A stretch of DNA of 64,000 nucleotides from Tubiluchus corallicola (taxonomy: Eukaryota > Animalia > Priapulida), in contig JAQGDQ010000221.1 in NCBI GenBank assembly GCA_030141605.1, positions 186,001 to 250,000 of the forward strand, in the 5' to 3' direction. Below are positions 1 to 12,531 of this stretch, piece after piece. Both the position numbers and the translations under genes were made by a program. The notes under the pieces are model-generated. The model was not told the origin of the DNA, made no database searches, and saw nothing but the letters and a program-made list of their open reading frames with translations. Position 1 is the first letter of the stretch. Each line of letters begins with the position of its first letter.

Positions 1-1048
1 GATACAGCTGCAAAATCAAGCTGCGAAACCCACCTGTGTTTCATTCTAAAAAATCACAAAACACTTCTTAATGCATACATATTTACCAAGCACAAGTTGT
101 TGTCTGTACATAACTTAATTAGTTAGTTTTCTACCATGTTTATCGCGCGTTCCATCGGGATTGTGTGCATAGTAGTATGATCCATCTACTTTTAAGATCT
201 GCCATGTAACCTAAACGACTATTAAAGTCGCAAATGATAACAACCCCTTGTGAAGTTTTGTGGGCTTCAATGCATTTACAAATGACTGCATGTCAAGTAG
301 ACAGCACATAACAGCCACCAATTCACACATCAGGCACAATTTTAAACATAACCCATATTTAGTAAAATTTTAATAGGCCCAGTTCGGCAATACAGCTTTC
401 TGATAAATTGTGCTCCACAAACAGAGCTAGACTACCACGATGTCCAGTACCCAGGATAGAGAAGGACAGATAGCAGATGCGGATAGTGAATTAGTGCGGA
501 TGAGCGGACTGCGACTTTTTAATGCGTAAACCGCGGATTTTACGAAAATGTGCAAGAACCACTAATGTACATTTTCATGTGTTGCAGAAAAAGTTTAAAC
601 AATTTCAGTTCGTTAAGCATTCCCCTGCTCATTAAAAGCTTGTTACCACGTTAAACGCCTTCTTTTACAATTATAATTATATTACATATATTTATAACAT
701 CATAATTTTTTACTCGAGCCTATTACGGTTTGTTATGTGGTGTGATGGTACGGAACGCGGAACGCGAATATTCTATTTCCACACAGTCCGTACAGTTGCA
801 CAAACGAGAAAGTGATAAGCGACATCTCTGACCCAGGGTAAAATGACTTCAGTAAATATAGAAACCCGGTAAATCAAAGTTTATGCTACGTTTAATTTCG
901 TTAATAAAAACAAAATCAAACGTATTTAGTACATCATTACTTAATAGTTTACATTTAATACCATTTATATTCCATGAACAGATTCGTAACACGTCATTCG
1001 TACTGCATTTACCTCAGACTCTATAAAAAAGATTCTGTAACATTTGCG

Positions 1049-1660
1049 TTAATAAACAATTAAGTTTCCCCAATTTATCGCTAGCTCGCACCCTACATTT
1101 TCTGACTTCCTGTTTTCTTCTTTCAGTACCCTCCTAAATTCAGCATACTGTCTACGTATTGAATGTGAAACATCCCTATTGACGTACACACACTTTCGCC
1201 ACTCTTCATGCCTTTGTTGTTTCAGTTTTTTACTGCTTTTGAGAAGGCGAGTAATGATTGCTCTATCTTCAAAGGTCACTAACACTGGTCTGGGCCTCAT
1301 GACCTCTGCACTCCCTTCGTCATTTTGTGTTGCCGTATTGCCTATCCTCTTCAATGTGTAACTTTCCGTTTGTCAGCCTAGAATATCTAGCACTTGTCTG
1401 CACATCAGATTATTAGCTTCTTTTTCTACTTTTTCTGTATCCTGGTAATCATTAAGTTAAAGAAGCGAACTCTCTGCTTCCAACCTTTCCAGAAAGTTTT
1501 GCTGATTGCACACAATATCCTTTAAACCACATGCAGCTGCCCAAAGTGTATTGCACCCTGCCTTTTCTAGCTTGACATATACCTCAACTTTTGCTTTATT
1601 AAATTGAATTGTTTGACTAATCTTCTCATCAATTCTCCTCTCGAATTCACTGAATTTTTA
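1049..1660 (-). mobile_element. Decayed non-LTR retrotransposon ORF1-like fragment (RRM/CTD region)
   Basis: Minus-strand ORF RIGN...RPRPVLVTF...LLKSSKKLK...VYVNRD matches the typical LINE ORF1 pattern RIG..RPRPILVKF..KKLK..IYINEDL; upstream frame is interrupted. Confidence 0.6.
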
Positions 1661-2296
1661 AATCTCTTATTTCCGACAATGTCTTACATTGCACAACCTT
1701 CAAACTGCTGATCTGCCTATCATCTGCTAATTCTGTTTCTCCCATTTCAGCCTGGTTGCTAACTGTAGTGGAGTTTCTGCCCTGGGACAGAGACGCATTT
1801 TGAACACGCGCTTATAACACAAGAAGATATTTCCGAAACCTTGCCTGCATGCAGTATCAGGGTGCTTCTTACGACAATGATAACACGATATGGGCACAAT
1901 TGTTTATTTTGTACACAATAACCGTGCTGCAGGCTATTTAGGCATGGCAAACAGTTACGTTGTAAGGCCATCTATTATATTGTTAAACTGGCAAATCCTG
2001 CCAAATTTATTTTTTGAACTACAAATCCACCAGGATTTTCTTATTTTTGCACAAAAGAACTCACTATCAGTTTTCAAAAATACAGCATTGTATTCTTCGT
2101 TCATTGACGCATACGATTTTTTACATCTAATTTCACTTTGCTGTAATATATTCCACAAAACTATCGGAGACCCTGTAAACACGTATATGCACCACTAGAT
2201 TCACGAATTACTGGATTTACAGTGATGTTTATTTTACGTCTTATTTTCAGGCACAACATTATTTTAACATTTTACTAGAACAACACTCTATGTGCC

Positions 2297-3311
2297 ATGT
2301 TGAGTTGTAAAGCAGTAGTTTTACTTTTTCTGCCATACATTATATGGTGTTTAACTGACTCATGTCAAGGAAAGCCGGCAGAAGAAAATAGACAACAACT
2401 AGTACAAAATGGTGCTGCCAACGAATTGGCAGATTATATCGAAGACGAAACGCAAAATTCAGATCAGAGATATTCAAACTTTGAAGAAGACGAAAAACAA
2501 GATTCAGATAGTCACATTGATTCTGCTAAATCATTATCGAAATCTGAAAAACTTTCACCGTTATCAAAACGAGATTCTCCACAAGAAGTGGTTGATGACA
2601 TTTCAGAGGTAGATGTCATCAGTTCTTCTGGAGTGTCTGGCAAAGCTTCACAGGCATCTCTTCGAAGGAATCCTTTTAGTGATTCTTCAGCAGGAGCAGA
2701 AATATCCAAAGAAACCAACAAATCTCCTGACAATTTCCCTGCAGATCCTTTACAAGAGATTTCAAGAACAGCTGATGATGATTCTGAAACAGATGATACC
2801 AGCTCTTCTAGAGAATTTTTAGAAAATGATTCTTCAGCAGATATATCCAACGAAAATGACAAATCTTCTCACGAATCCCCTGCAGATTCTTCACAAGAGG
2901 TTTTAGAAATAGTTGACAATGATTCTGAAACAGATGACACCAGCTCTTTCAAAGAATCCTTGGGAACAGCTGATAAAGTTCTGAGATCACCTTCTGGTAG
3001 TTCATCAGCAGAAGTGTCAGAAACATCTGAAGATACTGACAATGCTAAAGAATATCCCACAGAAGAAGAAGAAGAAGAAGAAGAAGAAGAGGATGAAGAA
3101 GAAGATGATGATGATGGTGGTGGTAATGAGGATGATGATGGCGATGATGATGGTGGTGGTGGTGATGATGATGATGAATTCACCCAACTTAGTCCTAAGG
3201 AGAACGTCAATGAACCAGCTGCAGGAGTCAAAATTAATCCTTTTGAACCAGGAACGTCACTTGTATCCCTGATCTGTGCCATACCAAACAAGGTACTTCC
3301 TCCAAAGAAAT
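2297..3311 (+). CDS. Protease coding exon 1: signal peptide plus acidic/Ser-rich pro-region
   Basis: ATG 2297 lies downstream of acceptor ttttcag at 2250 (implying an upstream non-coding exon); hydrophobic N-terminus; donor gtaagt at 3312, phase 1. Confidence 0.85.
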
Positions 3312-6300
3312 GTAAGTAAATGAAGTGTTACGCAGTAATAATTGCGATTGTTTGTTAAAGTTGATAACTGATTTTATAGGATGCTGGTCTATATAAGCAA
3401 TAGCTCAGCACAATTATTGTTTTGCCTAAAGCTTACAATTCCTCACACACAAGAAATTAGTTCATGAAACGGATTAGGATTAGAGTTTTGGTTAGGATTA
3501 GGGCTAAGGTTAGGGTGCGATAATTAAATTGTAAACTCCTTCCAATGTTTTTGCAGTTTCTCGGCCAAGCCCAAAAATGGTTGGTGGTCATAAAGTGCGA
3601 GAAAAGGACCGGGGGTACTTATATCAAGTATGTATATTACGCAATGCACTACATTATTTACATTAATAAAAAACTTACGAACGCACAGAAGACATCAAAA
3701 ATCCAATAAAAATTATTTCAACTCCCATAACGAGAGTCGACACCAGACGTTGATAGCAAGGTCGTTTAAAAGAGCAGCTCTTGCTGTCAACAAATTTTTA
3801 TTGATAATGGCTCCCGTTTTGGGGTTGAACTACTGTATTGTTTGTTTTTACATTATATTGTGGCGTGTCTGCAATTAAACCGTCTCGAAAGCCATGGGCT
3901 TCATGAAAATGTAGTGTATTGAATGTAAAATTGCATGAACCAATCAGAGCTCAGTTTTCTAGGCCAATTTTCTCGAGCGTGTAACCTGTTCTTGTAAGAC
4001 TCGAGAGCAGTGCGTTCCGTGCATGTTCGGCTTCGGTTTCATTTTGTTTTCTTTTCCTGGTTGCTGTTATTAAGTCAGTAGTGATTCAGTAATTTTGGTT
4101 TAATCCCTTGGTTTGCATTTCGACTCAACGTAAGTAGTAAATTACGAATCCTTGTATCATAGACGGTATCACAATATTGTTTATTAGTATTTTAATGAGA
4201 TGCAAAACATGTCCGTTAAAACATTATTATTAAAAATACGTTTATGTGCGTCTAACTTGTCTTTTTTAAATAAGAAATATAAATAATTTTTTGCACTTGT
4301 GCTGCCTGTTGTCATTAATTATTAATCAGCTGAGTGACACTCAAATACGACAGTTTGTTTGACAGACTTCTGGTCTTCCTATTTATAACTGTTACGTGAC
4401 AAGGCAATAAGTTTATTTCTAGCATCTGGTAGCTAAAAGGTGCAGCTTGACATCTGTCCAACGATTCGTCCAACACCAGCTGCTCTTTCTGCTCCTTGGG
4501 TCGCCAAGGGCTCCAGTCCTGCATACAGCAAGCTGTTCCGTTGGCAGACGAATATTGTTTTTAGGCATATGTTACGTGGTTTCGCTAAGTATTAGGGGAA
4601 ATATTTCACGTTTAGATGACAGTGCAAACGGTAAGTGTTCATTAACTTCAAACCTTCTATGACTAGTGACTTTTTAAATGCATTTTTAGGTTGGACTTGA
4701 AATTGGGTCGTCGAATTTTTGCGGAGGGTCTCTAATAAACAAAGAATGGATTTTAACTGCTGCACATTGTTTTTATGGGTAAGAAATCTTAGTAGTTGAT
4801 GGTGAACATTGGTCCAAGCTCGTCGAGTTATGCTGTCAAAAAGACTAAAGATTTCAAAAGCTTTTTCATAAACCCACCTCTACCACATGGACCTGCACAC
4901 AAGCACACATGTAATGTTACTGAACGCACGAGAATAAATAACGTTCTCAAGTTTTGCTAGTTTGGTTAATTGCACAAAGGCGCTTATAGGTTTTGGAAAT
5001 TTAAAAATTTTGCTATAAGCCAAAGGTCTGTAATAGAGTTGTCTAAATGCATGGGGACTGTTGATGGTATTTCGTTTGCTTGTATGCCGTGGAAAAAAGC
5101 AAAGCTCGTTATAATATGTGTGAAATATAAAATGTACATATCTTTGTTTTTGCAGTCAGGATGCTGGACGTCACGTAACAATTTACATTGGAAGCAAAAA
5201 CTTTAAGGAAAGGAATAAATATACTACATATGTAAGTGTTGTTCTATAATCTCAGTAGAAAAAGGGTTTTTTACTAAAGATACTAAATAATGGAAGAGAA
5301 ATGGGTAAAAAACTTTGGTATTGATTGTTTAAATTAAGTCAGCGTTGCAGCAATACAATAAACAAACAAACGATGTAAAACTGATTCTGTTTGTGTTCAC
5401 ATTATCTTTGGTGTTCATTTCAAATCAGTGTGGAGAGCTTAAATTGTTGTATTGTGAGCGGATTGATTTTGTTTGGATTGGATTGAGTTCTGGCGGAAGC
5501 TGATGGTTTACACTGTTTTGACTTAACTCTTTCCTGACGAGTACATACACTTACCGGTTGTTTGTTCTTGTGAATGCAGCAGAGAGCAGTGGTGGCTCGT
5601 AGCTATATTTAAAGAGGTGCTGCTTCAGAAAATTTTTAGCCATTGTTTTAATACTGTGTAAAGCGAAACAAACATACGAAAGTTTATATATAAACTTGTT
5701 AAAATCCAAAACAAAAAATATTTTTGCTTACTAATAGCCTAAATTGTCGGAGTTCAAGCTTGATCCATTCACGGTAAGCATGTGACAACTGAAAACAAGC
5801 TGTGTGAGCGACAGTACTTTCTCTACCTGGGATTAGACATGTACGCATGGCCGCATGCGCAAAACAGCCACATACCGCGTTGCTGGAGCACACTGTACTG
5901 GGCTATGAAGCAAACAGTACTGTCGTCACGTGCTCTGCTTGCGTACAAGTATAAAGAAAGAACTAAAGAAAAAAGACTTATTATATTGAATATTATTGAT
6001 AGTATAAAGTGAAAATAGGGGGTGCAGCAGTTCCACATTACTTATACACGAGCCGCTACTGGAATGCAGGCAAAAAATCATTACTAAATGTTACAGGTAT
6101 GTTATAGAAAAAAAAAGAAATGGAAAAAAGTTGTAAGAAAAAATGAATAAAGCTTAACTGCTAACCCTAAAATGTTGAACAAAACGTGATTATTTTTCAC
6201 GTACACGTAATGTCAATATGTATAAGTCATATACTGCCAGGTTATAACTGATTTAAGAAATTTTTCTCTTTTATTACTGTAACTCTTTGTGGTGATTAAA

Positions 6301-9300
6301 TAATTTGTGACTGTCGTGAATATTTTTGTTTGGTTGCCTGACTTCGTTTCCTAGCCAAAATTGTGACTTCTCTGATGACATAAATTAACTGTGAGTGTGG
6401 TATGGCACAGTCTAGTGTGGCACAGGCATGGTCAGCCGTGGATTGACCAAAGCCGGTATTGTCTGTTTTCGTTCACAAAGTTACTTGTTATGTTATCGTT
6501 CAGCAACATAGCGTTTTTCTAGTTCAGAAATACAAAAAATGTATACCACATTACCAAAAAGACAATTACAAAAGTCAAACTCAACAATTTAAACCAAAGA
6601 CACTACATCAAACCAATATACACAATAGCCAAAGTGCGATTGTATAGTGGTAATAACCATTTACTTACGAAATATAACCAGAAGTCTGGTCTGTTAAGGC
6701 CAAATTTTGGTGATCTGGGTACTGACTGGATACACTGCCAAACTTTCAAGAATGGTACTTTAGGCCACATAATAATGTTTTGGTCTCTTTTTATAAAATT
6801 TTGCATTTGGGTCTTCTGTCCTGGAACACTAAAAAACAAGAAATGGCCCAGCACCTTGGAAGCTTATTACACCAAAACGTCCAAAGATAGGCACTTGAGT
6901 GCTATTATGGACGACTAGGAACTTATAAAGGGCAGTAAAAATATAACGAGACAAATAACACAGTGATTTTAGCACTTAGTGACAGCCGGCAGAAACACGT
7001 CCTCAGCTCTAGTTCGGTACGTTCTTTTACGCCCTGTCCCGTTATAATGGAAACCACTTGGAAAGTGGCTTCCCAGTTCATTCCTATGGGAATCAGTAAG
7101 GAACTTCCTCTCAGTCCATTGCTACGGTGATCAGCAGGAAACTTCCTTCCCTGTCCCCTGCTATCGCTATTAATTAAAAAATGTACCAGCTTTGTCTCAA
7201 ACACCAAGACGACAAGAATAAATTTAACAAGTTTATTGTAACTCGCAAAGCCACGAGGTCGTAACTAGAAAGATGAGCGCAACCGAAAAACAAAGAAGTT
7301 GAAAACAAAGGGGCAACATTGCAAAAGGGATAAAGTTGATAACACTAACAACACGCATGTATACTGGCGTATGGTAATCAGCAAGGAAGTCCGAACTGCT
7401 GGGAAATGGATCCTTCCCAGTCGGTTAGTTTCTCTCCTTGTTACTTGATACTAACCGACTGGGAAGGATCCATGGAAACGAATATAACAGAGATTGTAAA
7501 TTGTATCTGAAATAATTTATCGACGTGCTTCTGCATGAAAAATTGTTGTGTAAAATAATAAAAAAATGTACTTATTACATTTTCAGGCTGATAAAATTAT
7601 CCGTCATCCAGATTTTGTATTGAAGATAACAAATAAGGGCGCAGTCACGGATATTAAAAATGACATAGCTCTAGTCCACATGCACAAAAAGCTGAAACAA
7701 TCTTTCGTATATGGAGGAGCGTATAGCCGTATTCTTTTGCCATCACACAATGCAAATCCTGTGGGTAAAGATCTTAGGATGACTGGATGGGGTTCTTTGG
7801 GAGGTGAGAGTTTCTAGAAACTGAGATCTCTCTAGTCACCTTTAGGTCATTGCTAAACGGCTTTGTATACGCCTATTATCCGTTACAAAGGTGCTAAAAA
7901 TTTAATTGCTAACTCTGTTTAAGCAGATGACGACAGGGTTCTGAGAACTGGGATGTTTCGTCTTATTTAGGCCTACATTTACCCTACAAGAGCGTTGAAG
8001 AGAGGGAAGTGCAAAAATGTCTTATCCCTGAAATTGACCTGGAATCATCGCCAAAAAAATGAGTTCTCATCTCAGTTAATTAAGAGCGTCTGGACAGCTG
8101 AAATATATTAGAAAGATTTTGAAAGAAAGATTAGAAAGATATTAGAAAGATATATTGGAAAGATTTTTAAAGTATATGAAAAACAACTTCCAGCTAATTT
8201 TAAACGCAAATTATATTTTTTAAGGTGCTGTGGATACCACAGAGATTAAAAGGCTACGGGGAGTGCATGTGACTGCTATATCTGCTGCTAAATGTAACGA
8301 GTTACTTAATAAGAATGCACAAGAAAAGGTTTCACTGGTGGACGATGCCACGCAATTCTGTGGAAAAGGATATAAACCAAGTCAAATTAGATCTGCATGT
8401 ACGGTGAGTATATTATTTTATTGTTATAATATTTCGTGAATTCCATCTCAGCTTTTATTAAGCTAAATAAAATCTGCGACTTATGCTACATTATATTTAT
8501 TTTTGGTCGCGGTACTAATACTATGTGAAATCCCTGCTGTGCATTAGCAGTTAAGAACAGGCCTTCTTCTAGTTCCTAATGTTTCAGTACTTTTAAAAAC
8601 AGTTTAGAAAGCTGAAAAATTGGAAGTGTAGCTTCTGTTGTTAGAATTACCACTCTTCTCAAAACACAGGCCTTCTCAGAATAATATTTCCCCTTTTAAA
8701 TTGTTGGGACACGCGGCTTAATTGTTTTGGTGTTTATTTTTCATCATGTTATTTTATTTATTTAACGTCTTCATCAAAAATCACAATAGCGAAATGGAAA
8801 GACACGAGTTAATAACTTAGCTGTCAGTTATCAGGTGCCACTGTAGTGTAATGAATTTATTTTAAAATAAGGAATTAATCAATAGAAAATTCGAAATTAG
8901 ATTAATCATAATAGTGTACTGCAGGGCTGTGATGAGATAGTGTAATACTGGCAGGAGAATACAGCAGACTTCTCAGGTGTGCGTGTGAACGTGGCTTTAA
9001 CTAGCACATAGACGCTTATTCTGACCTTGTGTTAGTGGGAGCCACTAGTCACGTGCACACCTGAGCTTATAAAAAGGGTAGGTCTGCTGTAGATCCTTGT
9101 CAGTGGTCAGTGGTTGCTTCATCTCATCCCAGCTCTGTTCGCACGTCTCCATTCGGTAAGCCATTTGAAACTTTTCTTTTTCTGATAATAAATCGTCATT
9201 TTTATTTTATTCATTTTCGTTTTTTGTCTTGGAGTCATGCCGCACAGTGTAGGCCGCGGTGCCATCCGTTCTGCCTCCACTAAAAGTGGAGAGCAGTCCA

Positions 9301-12300
9301 ATAGATTAGACTCTGGATTGTGCCGTTCAGCCGTTTTTAGACGCCATAAAAGATTATGCCGTTCAGCTATGATGACTCACTCAGCTTGTACCTTGAATTT
9401 AATGCATAAAGGATCAGAGGTTGGATGATCATAGAAATCTTATATATTAAATAGAAATTAGAAGTCAGATAACGACAGTTGAACTCTGTAAAGTAGGAAG
9501 GGCTATTAACCCACATTGCATAGCTCAGACTTGGTACCACCGTCCCGAACTTCCGAGTAAAATTGCCAATGGTCAAAAGTAGAGTCATAGAAGACACGAG
9601 TGTCGTCAGTTCAATTAATAATTAGCCTAAAGACAGAGGCTATATGTCATTACGGCTAATACAATGGACGTCTTGTCGTAGTTGAAATAGATGTACCAAG
9701 TTGATGGTCAGTGATGTGGCACTTAACGTGTCACTGACAATGTCATGCCAACTAACCTTGCATTCAAAAAAGAGAGTGCAGAGAGTTTTTGGCGGCTGTT
9801 GGTTGTTGGTTGGCGGTTGATGAGAATCGAGGGTCCAGGACAGAGCTGTCGTGACGAGGTCTGTTGCAGAGAAATTCTTGAGGTAGGAGATGGTACTATA
9901 GCTGAGCGTGGAGGATAGTTCTGCGTAGTTTGATCAATCAAACCTCTGGTACTTAGACGTCTCTACTAGGAATTCGGATCTGGCCAATTACAGTCGTAAG
10001 ATTGGCCAGGCCACAAGTTAAGTAACATTACGATCTTTTCAGTAATTGTAAACGGATCGAAGTAATTTTATATTAACTTGTATTTTGTATGAAGTAACGA
10101 TTATAGAGTAACAGTTAAACTTTGGTAACTTGAACTGTAAATCTTCAGAGATATATCAATACTAGTTGTGAGCGCCCAAAAGCGCATACATAAACGAAAT
10201 TGTAAATTGATAAAACGCTGAATCACTTATTGGATGTTTGGAAATTGTTCAATAAACCTATATATATTACTGTTACTTATTTGTTCGATTCACTTTGTGA
10301 GATTGAAATTCGTGGTTCAAGGTCGTGCGGGAAGATATCATTGCCCTATCGACCTAACCGAAGCTCCCGTAGTCAGGTAATTAATTAATTACAATTGATT
10401 GCCTCAAAGCGAGTGTACTATGTATAGTTACCGACGGGTTATCGTTAAAACATTAGTATTAGTTCAGTTACTTATGTGTATGTGACATGTTCAATTAGAT
10501 GTTTGCACTGTCAGTGATGACTGCATTGTAACTGGGGCGCTAGCAAAATAATAACAAGTTACTATACTTCCGAAGTTGAAAAATGGAAGACGTGGGTTCG
10601 TCTATTAAAATAGTGGAGCAAAAGGCATCTACGTGCATATGTGCCCGTGCTACATCTCCACATCCGATGGTGAAGGTGGCATTCCACAAACACGCGACGC
10701 TCAGTCTAGTGTTATAAATTGTCTTGATCGTCTGCACTGGACGGTGTTCTTTTCATTCGTTTTTCAAAAAAATTATTTCCGTCTGAGATATAACAGATTT
10801 TCAATGGCTATGTGTTGTTTGAATTAAAAAGAATCTTTACACACCGTGGCGTCAACAGTGTCACAATATTACATTCCAGTTACGTACAACTGCATAAACA
10901 GTTTAATAATGAATTTCACAAGCAAACTGAGTGATTGGCTTGAGATAGGGAGGCCGAGGGGAGAGAAAAGGTGGAAAAAATCGGAAAAAAAAGAAAAAAG
11001 AGTGAGAAAAGACTGCAGAAAGAGAGTGCAAGAAAGAAAAAAAGAGAGAGAGATAAAAGAGAGACAGTCGGGAGATAGGAAAAGAGAGAGGAGAGAAAGA
11101 GAGAGTGTGAGAAAGAGAGCGAAAAAGGGAGAGAGAGAAAGAAAGACAGGAGAATAATATAGAAAGCAAATTTTGCTAAGAGGGAGGGATGAAGAAATAG
11201 AAAGAGAGACGAGCGAGGTGGAAAGGGATAGAGAAAAGTTTCTATGCAATAAGTCTGCAAGCGTAGTGAACAGCAACGCAAGAGTCAAAGCCTTTGATAA
11301 TGTTTTTAATCCCACTATAATAGACAGACTAAGCATAGGCTATAATCAGAGCAATTTCTAAAGAAATAATTAGGTTGACATAATTGGAGGGCCATTTACA
11401 AGGTAATGCAGAGAAAAACGTTTGTTGCATTGAAGACTCATGAATTGGTGACGTTTGCTCAAGATCGGTGCAAGACAGTTCTGAGAGTCAGTGAACATCA
11501 ATTTGCATCAGCTTGACCATTTCGTTAGCAGTGAAGCAATATGTCGTCGAAATTCCGAATAGGCCAATCAAAACAAGTAACGCGAGCATAGCACTGTATG
11601 AACATAACAAAATGCATGCTAGGTTAAATTTACAACATTTGTGTTTCACTTTACATCACTTTGTAACGACAATTTAACACTCAGTTTGGGGTGGCTGATT
11701 CGATAACTGATGTTTTTCGCATTTCTTTGTTTTCTTACTTTATATTTATTTTCTTTGTATTTTTATTGGGCTAATAAAAATAAATGATTTGCTTTGATTT
11801 TGATTTGGCTTTGCGTCTAGATCTGTTATGAATTATATTCTTGCACAGACATTTAAAGTAAAACCGGATGATCGTGTAAACATTAGTTCAGAATAAAGAA
11901 TGCTCTAAAATATTGAAAACTACCATAGCTTATTTTAAATCAAAGCTTAGATAAATAATAATTACCTCGGATACTCAAATTTCGTTAAACTATCAAAGCT
12001 ACGCGCGGCTCAGTGAATTTTCTAAGATTGGCAACGGCACCTTTTTGCCACTTTTTTCGTGACATCATGCGTTTAAGCAGTACTGTAACACCTATGCAAA
12101 TGTGCATGACATGCAAGGGAAGACGCCTACCATTGCACAAACTGTGCTTAGTTTCTGACGTAAGCATTAGCTGTATTCGGTTGCAGCTAATTAACTTTCT
12201 AAGCTAATTATTCAAATATAAGGAAAAATTGCTAACTTTTATAGGCAAGAAAATGTACATTTTGGACAGTAAATTAAAATGAGATTCAATGTAAACAATC

Positions 12301-12531
12301 GTCCGGTCTTTAAACAAAATTTGAATTGAATTTCAGGGGGACTCAGGCGGTGGTGTAGTTCAAGTGAACAGTTATCAACTGGTTGGAGTCATCTCGTTTG
12401 GTGGAGTGCATACCCCAGGTGCCAGTATTGATGTTAATTTGGCTCGCTGCGTGGGACCTACTGTCTACACCAAAGTTGCTGCCTATCGTCGCTGGATTGC
12501 CTCAGAAACCGACTTATGGTTTCTACAGTGA
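2297..12531 (+). CDS. Secreted S1A (trypsin/chymotrypsin-family) serine protease with long acidic pro-region, ~613 aa; 7 coding exons: 2297-3311, 3557-3627, 4690-4778, 5156-5231, 7587-7803, 8225-8403, 12337-12531
   Basis: Exons join in frame across GT-AG introns. Signal peptide; activation site K|MVGG; [17 protein letters not shown] (His57); NDIAL (Asp102); GWG; ACT|GDSGG (Ser195); VYTKV..YRRWI; stop TGA 12529-12531; AATAAA near 12582. Confidence 0.9.
3557..3627 (+). CDS. Protease exon 2 (FSRPSPK|[17 protein letters not shown])
   Basis: ttgcag acceptor, gtatgt donor, phase-compatible, contains the zymogen activation motif. Confidence 0.85.
4690..4778 (+). CDS. Protease exon 3 (catalytic His motif TAAHC)
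   Basis: [30 protein letters not shown] between tttttag and gtaag. Confidence 0.92.
5156..5231 (+). CDS. Protease exon 4
   Basis: [25 protein letters not shown]; tttgcag and gtaagt; phases 2 and 0 fit neighbours. Confidence 0.85.
5587..6061. mobile_element. hAT-type MITE in protease intron
   Basis: Terminal inverted repeats CAGTGGTGGCTCGT ... ACGAGCCGCTACTG; GAATGCAG follows the right end and also occurs 7 nt before the left TIR (candidate 8-bp TSD). Confidence 0.6.
7406..7473. repeat. Perfect 24-bp inverted repeat (hairpin) with 20-nt loop
   Basis: ATGGATCCTTCCCAGTCGGTTAGT ... ACTAACCGACTGGGAAGGATCCAT. Confidence 0.9.
7587..7803 (+). CDS. Protease exon 5 (catalytic Asp, NDIAL; GWG)
   Basis: [10 protein letters not shown]...NDIALVHM...MTGWGSLG; tttcag and gtgag. 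Confidence 0.92.
8225..8403 (+). CDS. Protease exon 6
   Basis: ...AAKCNELL...TQFCGKGY...RSACT; ttttaag and gtgagt. Confidence 0.9.
10950..11235. repeat. Purine-rich (AG) low-complexity tract
   Basis: Degenerate (GA)n/(GAAA)n sequence. Confidence 0.85.
11853..12313. mobile_element. TTAA-flanked MITE (Kolobok-like), copy 1
   Basis: Imperfect TIRs ttaaAGTAAAACCGGATGATCG ... CAATCGTCCGGTCTttaa; an inverted copy of the same element lies at 27079-27630. Confidence 0.75.
12337..12531 (+). CDS. Protease terminal exon (catalytic Ser, GDSGG)
   Basis: [23 protein letters not shown]...[27 protein letters not shown]; tttcag acceptor. Confidence 0.92.
   Translation, partial: GDSGGGVVQVNSYQLVGVISFGGVHTPGASIDVNLARCVGPTVYTKVAAYRRWIASETDLWFLQ

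Noticed and set aside
2512-3291. Antisense Ser-rich ORFs
   Set aside because: Shadows of the acidic protease exon
3470-3516. Degenerate TTAGGG-like run
   Set aside because: Short and imperfect; not a telomere or a convincing interstitial telomeric array
3980-4401. Possible solo LTR (TGTAAC ... GTGACA)
   Set aside because: No matching TSD, PBS or PPT
10846-11361. K/R/E-rich and S/L/F-rich ORFs on both strands
   Set aside because: Translation of an AG-rich low-complexity tract inside an intron; no splice or frame support
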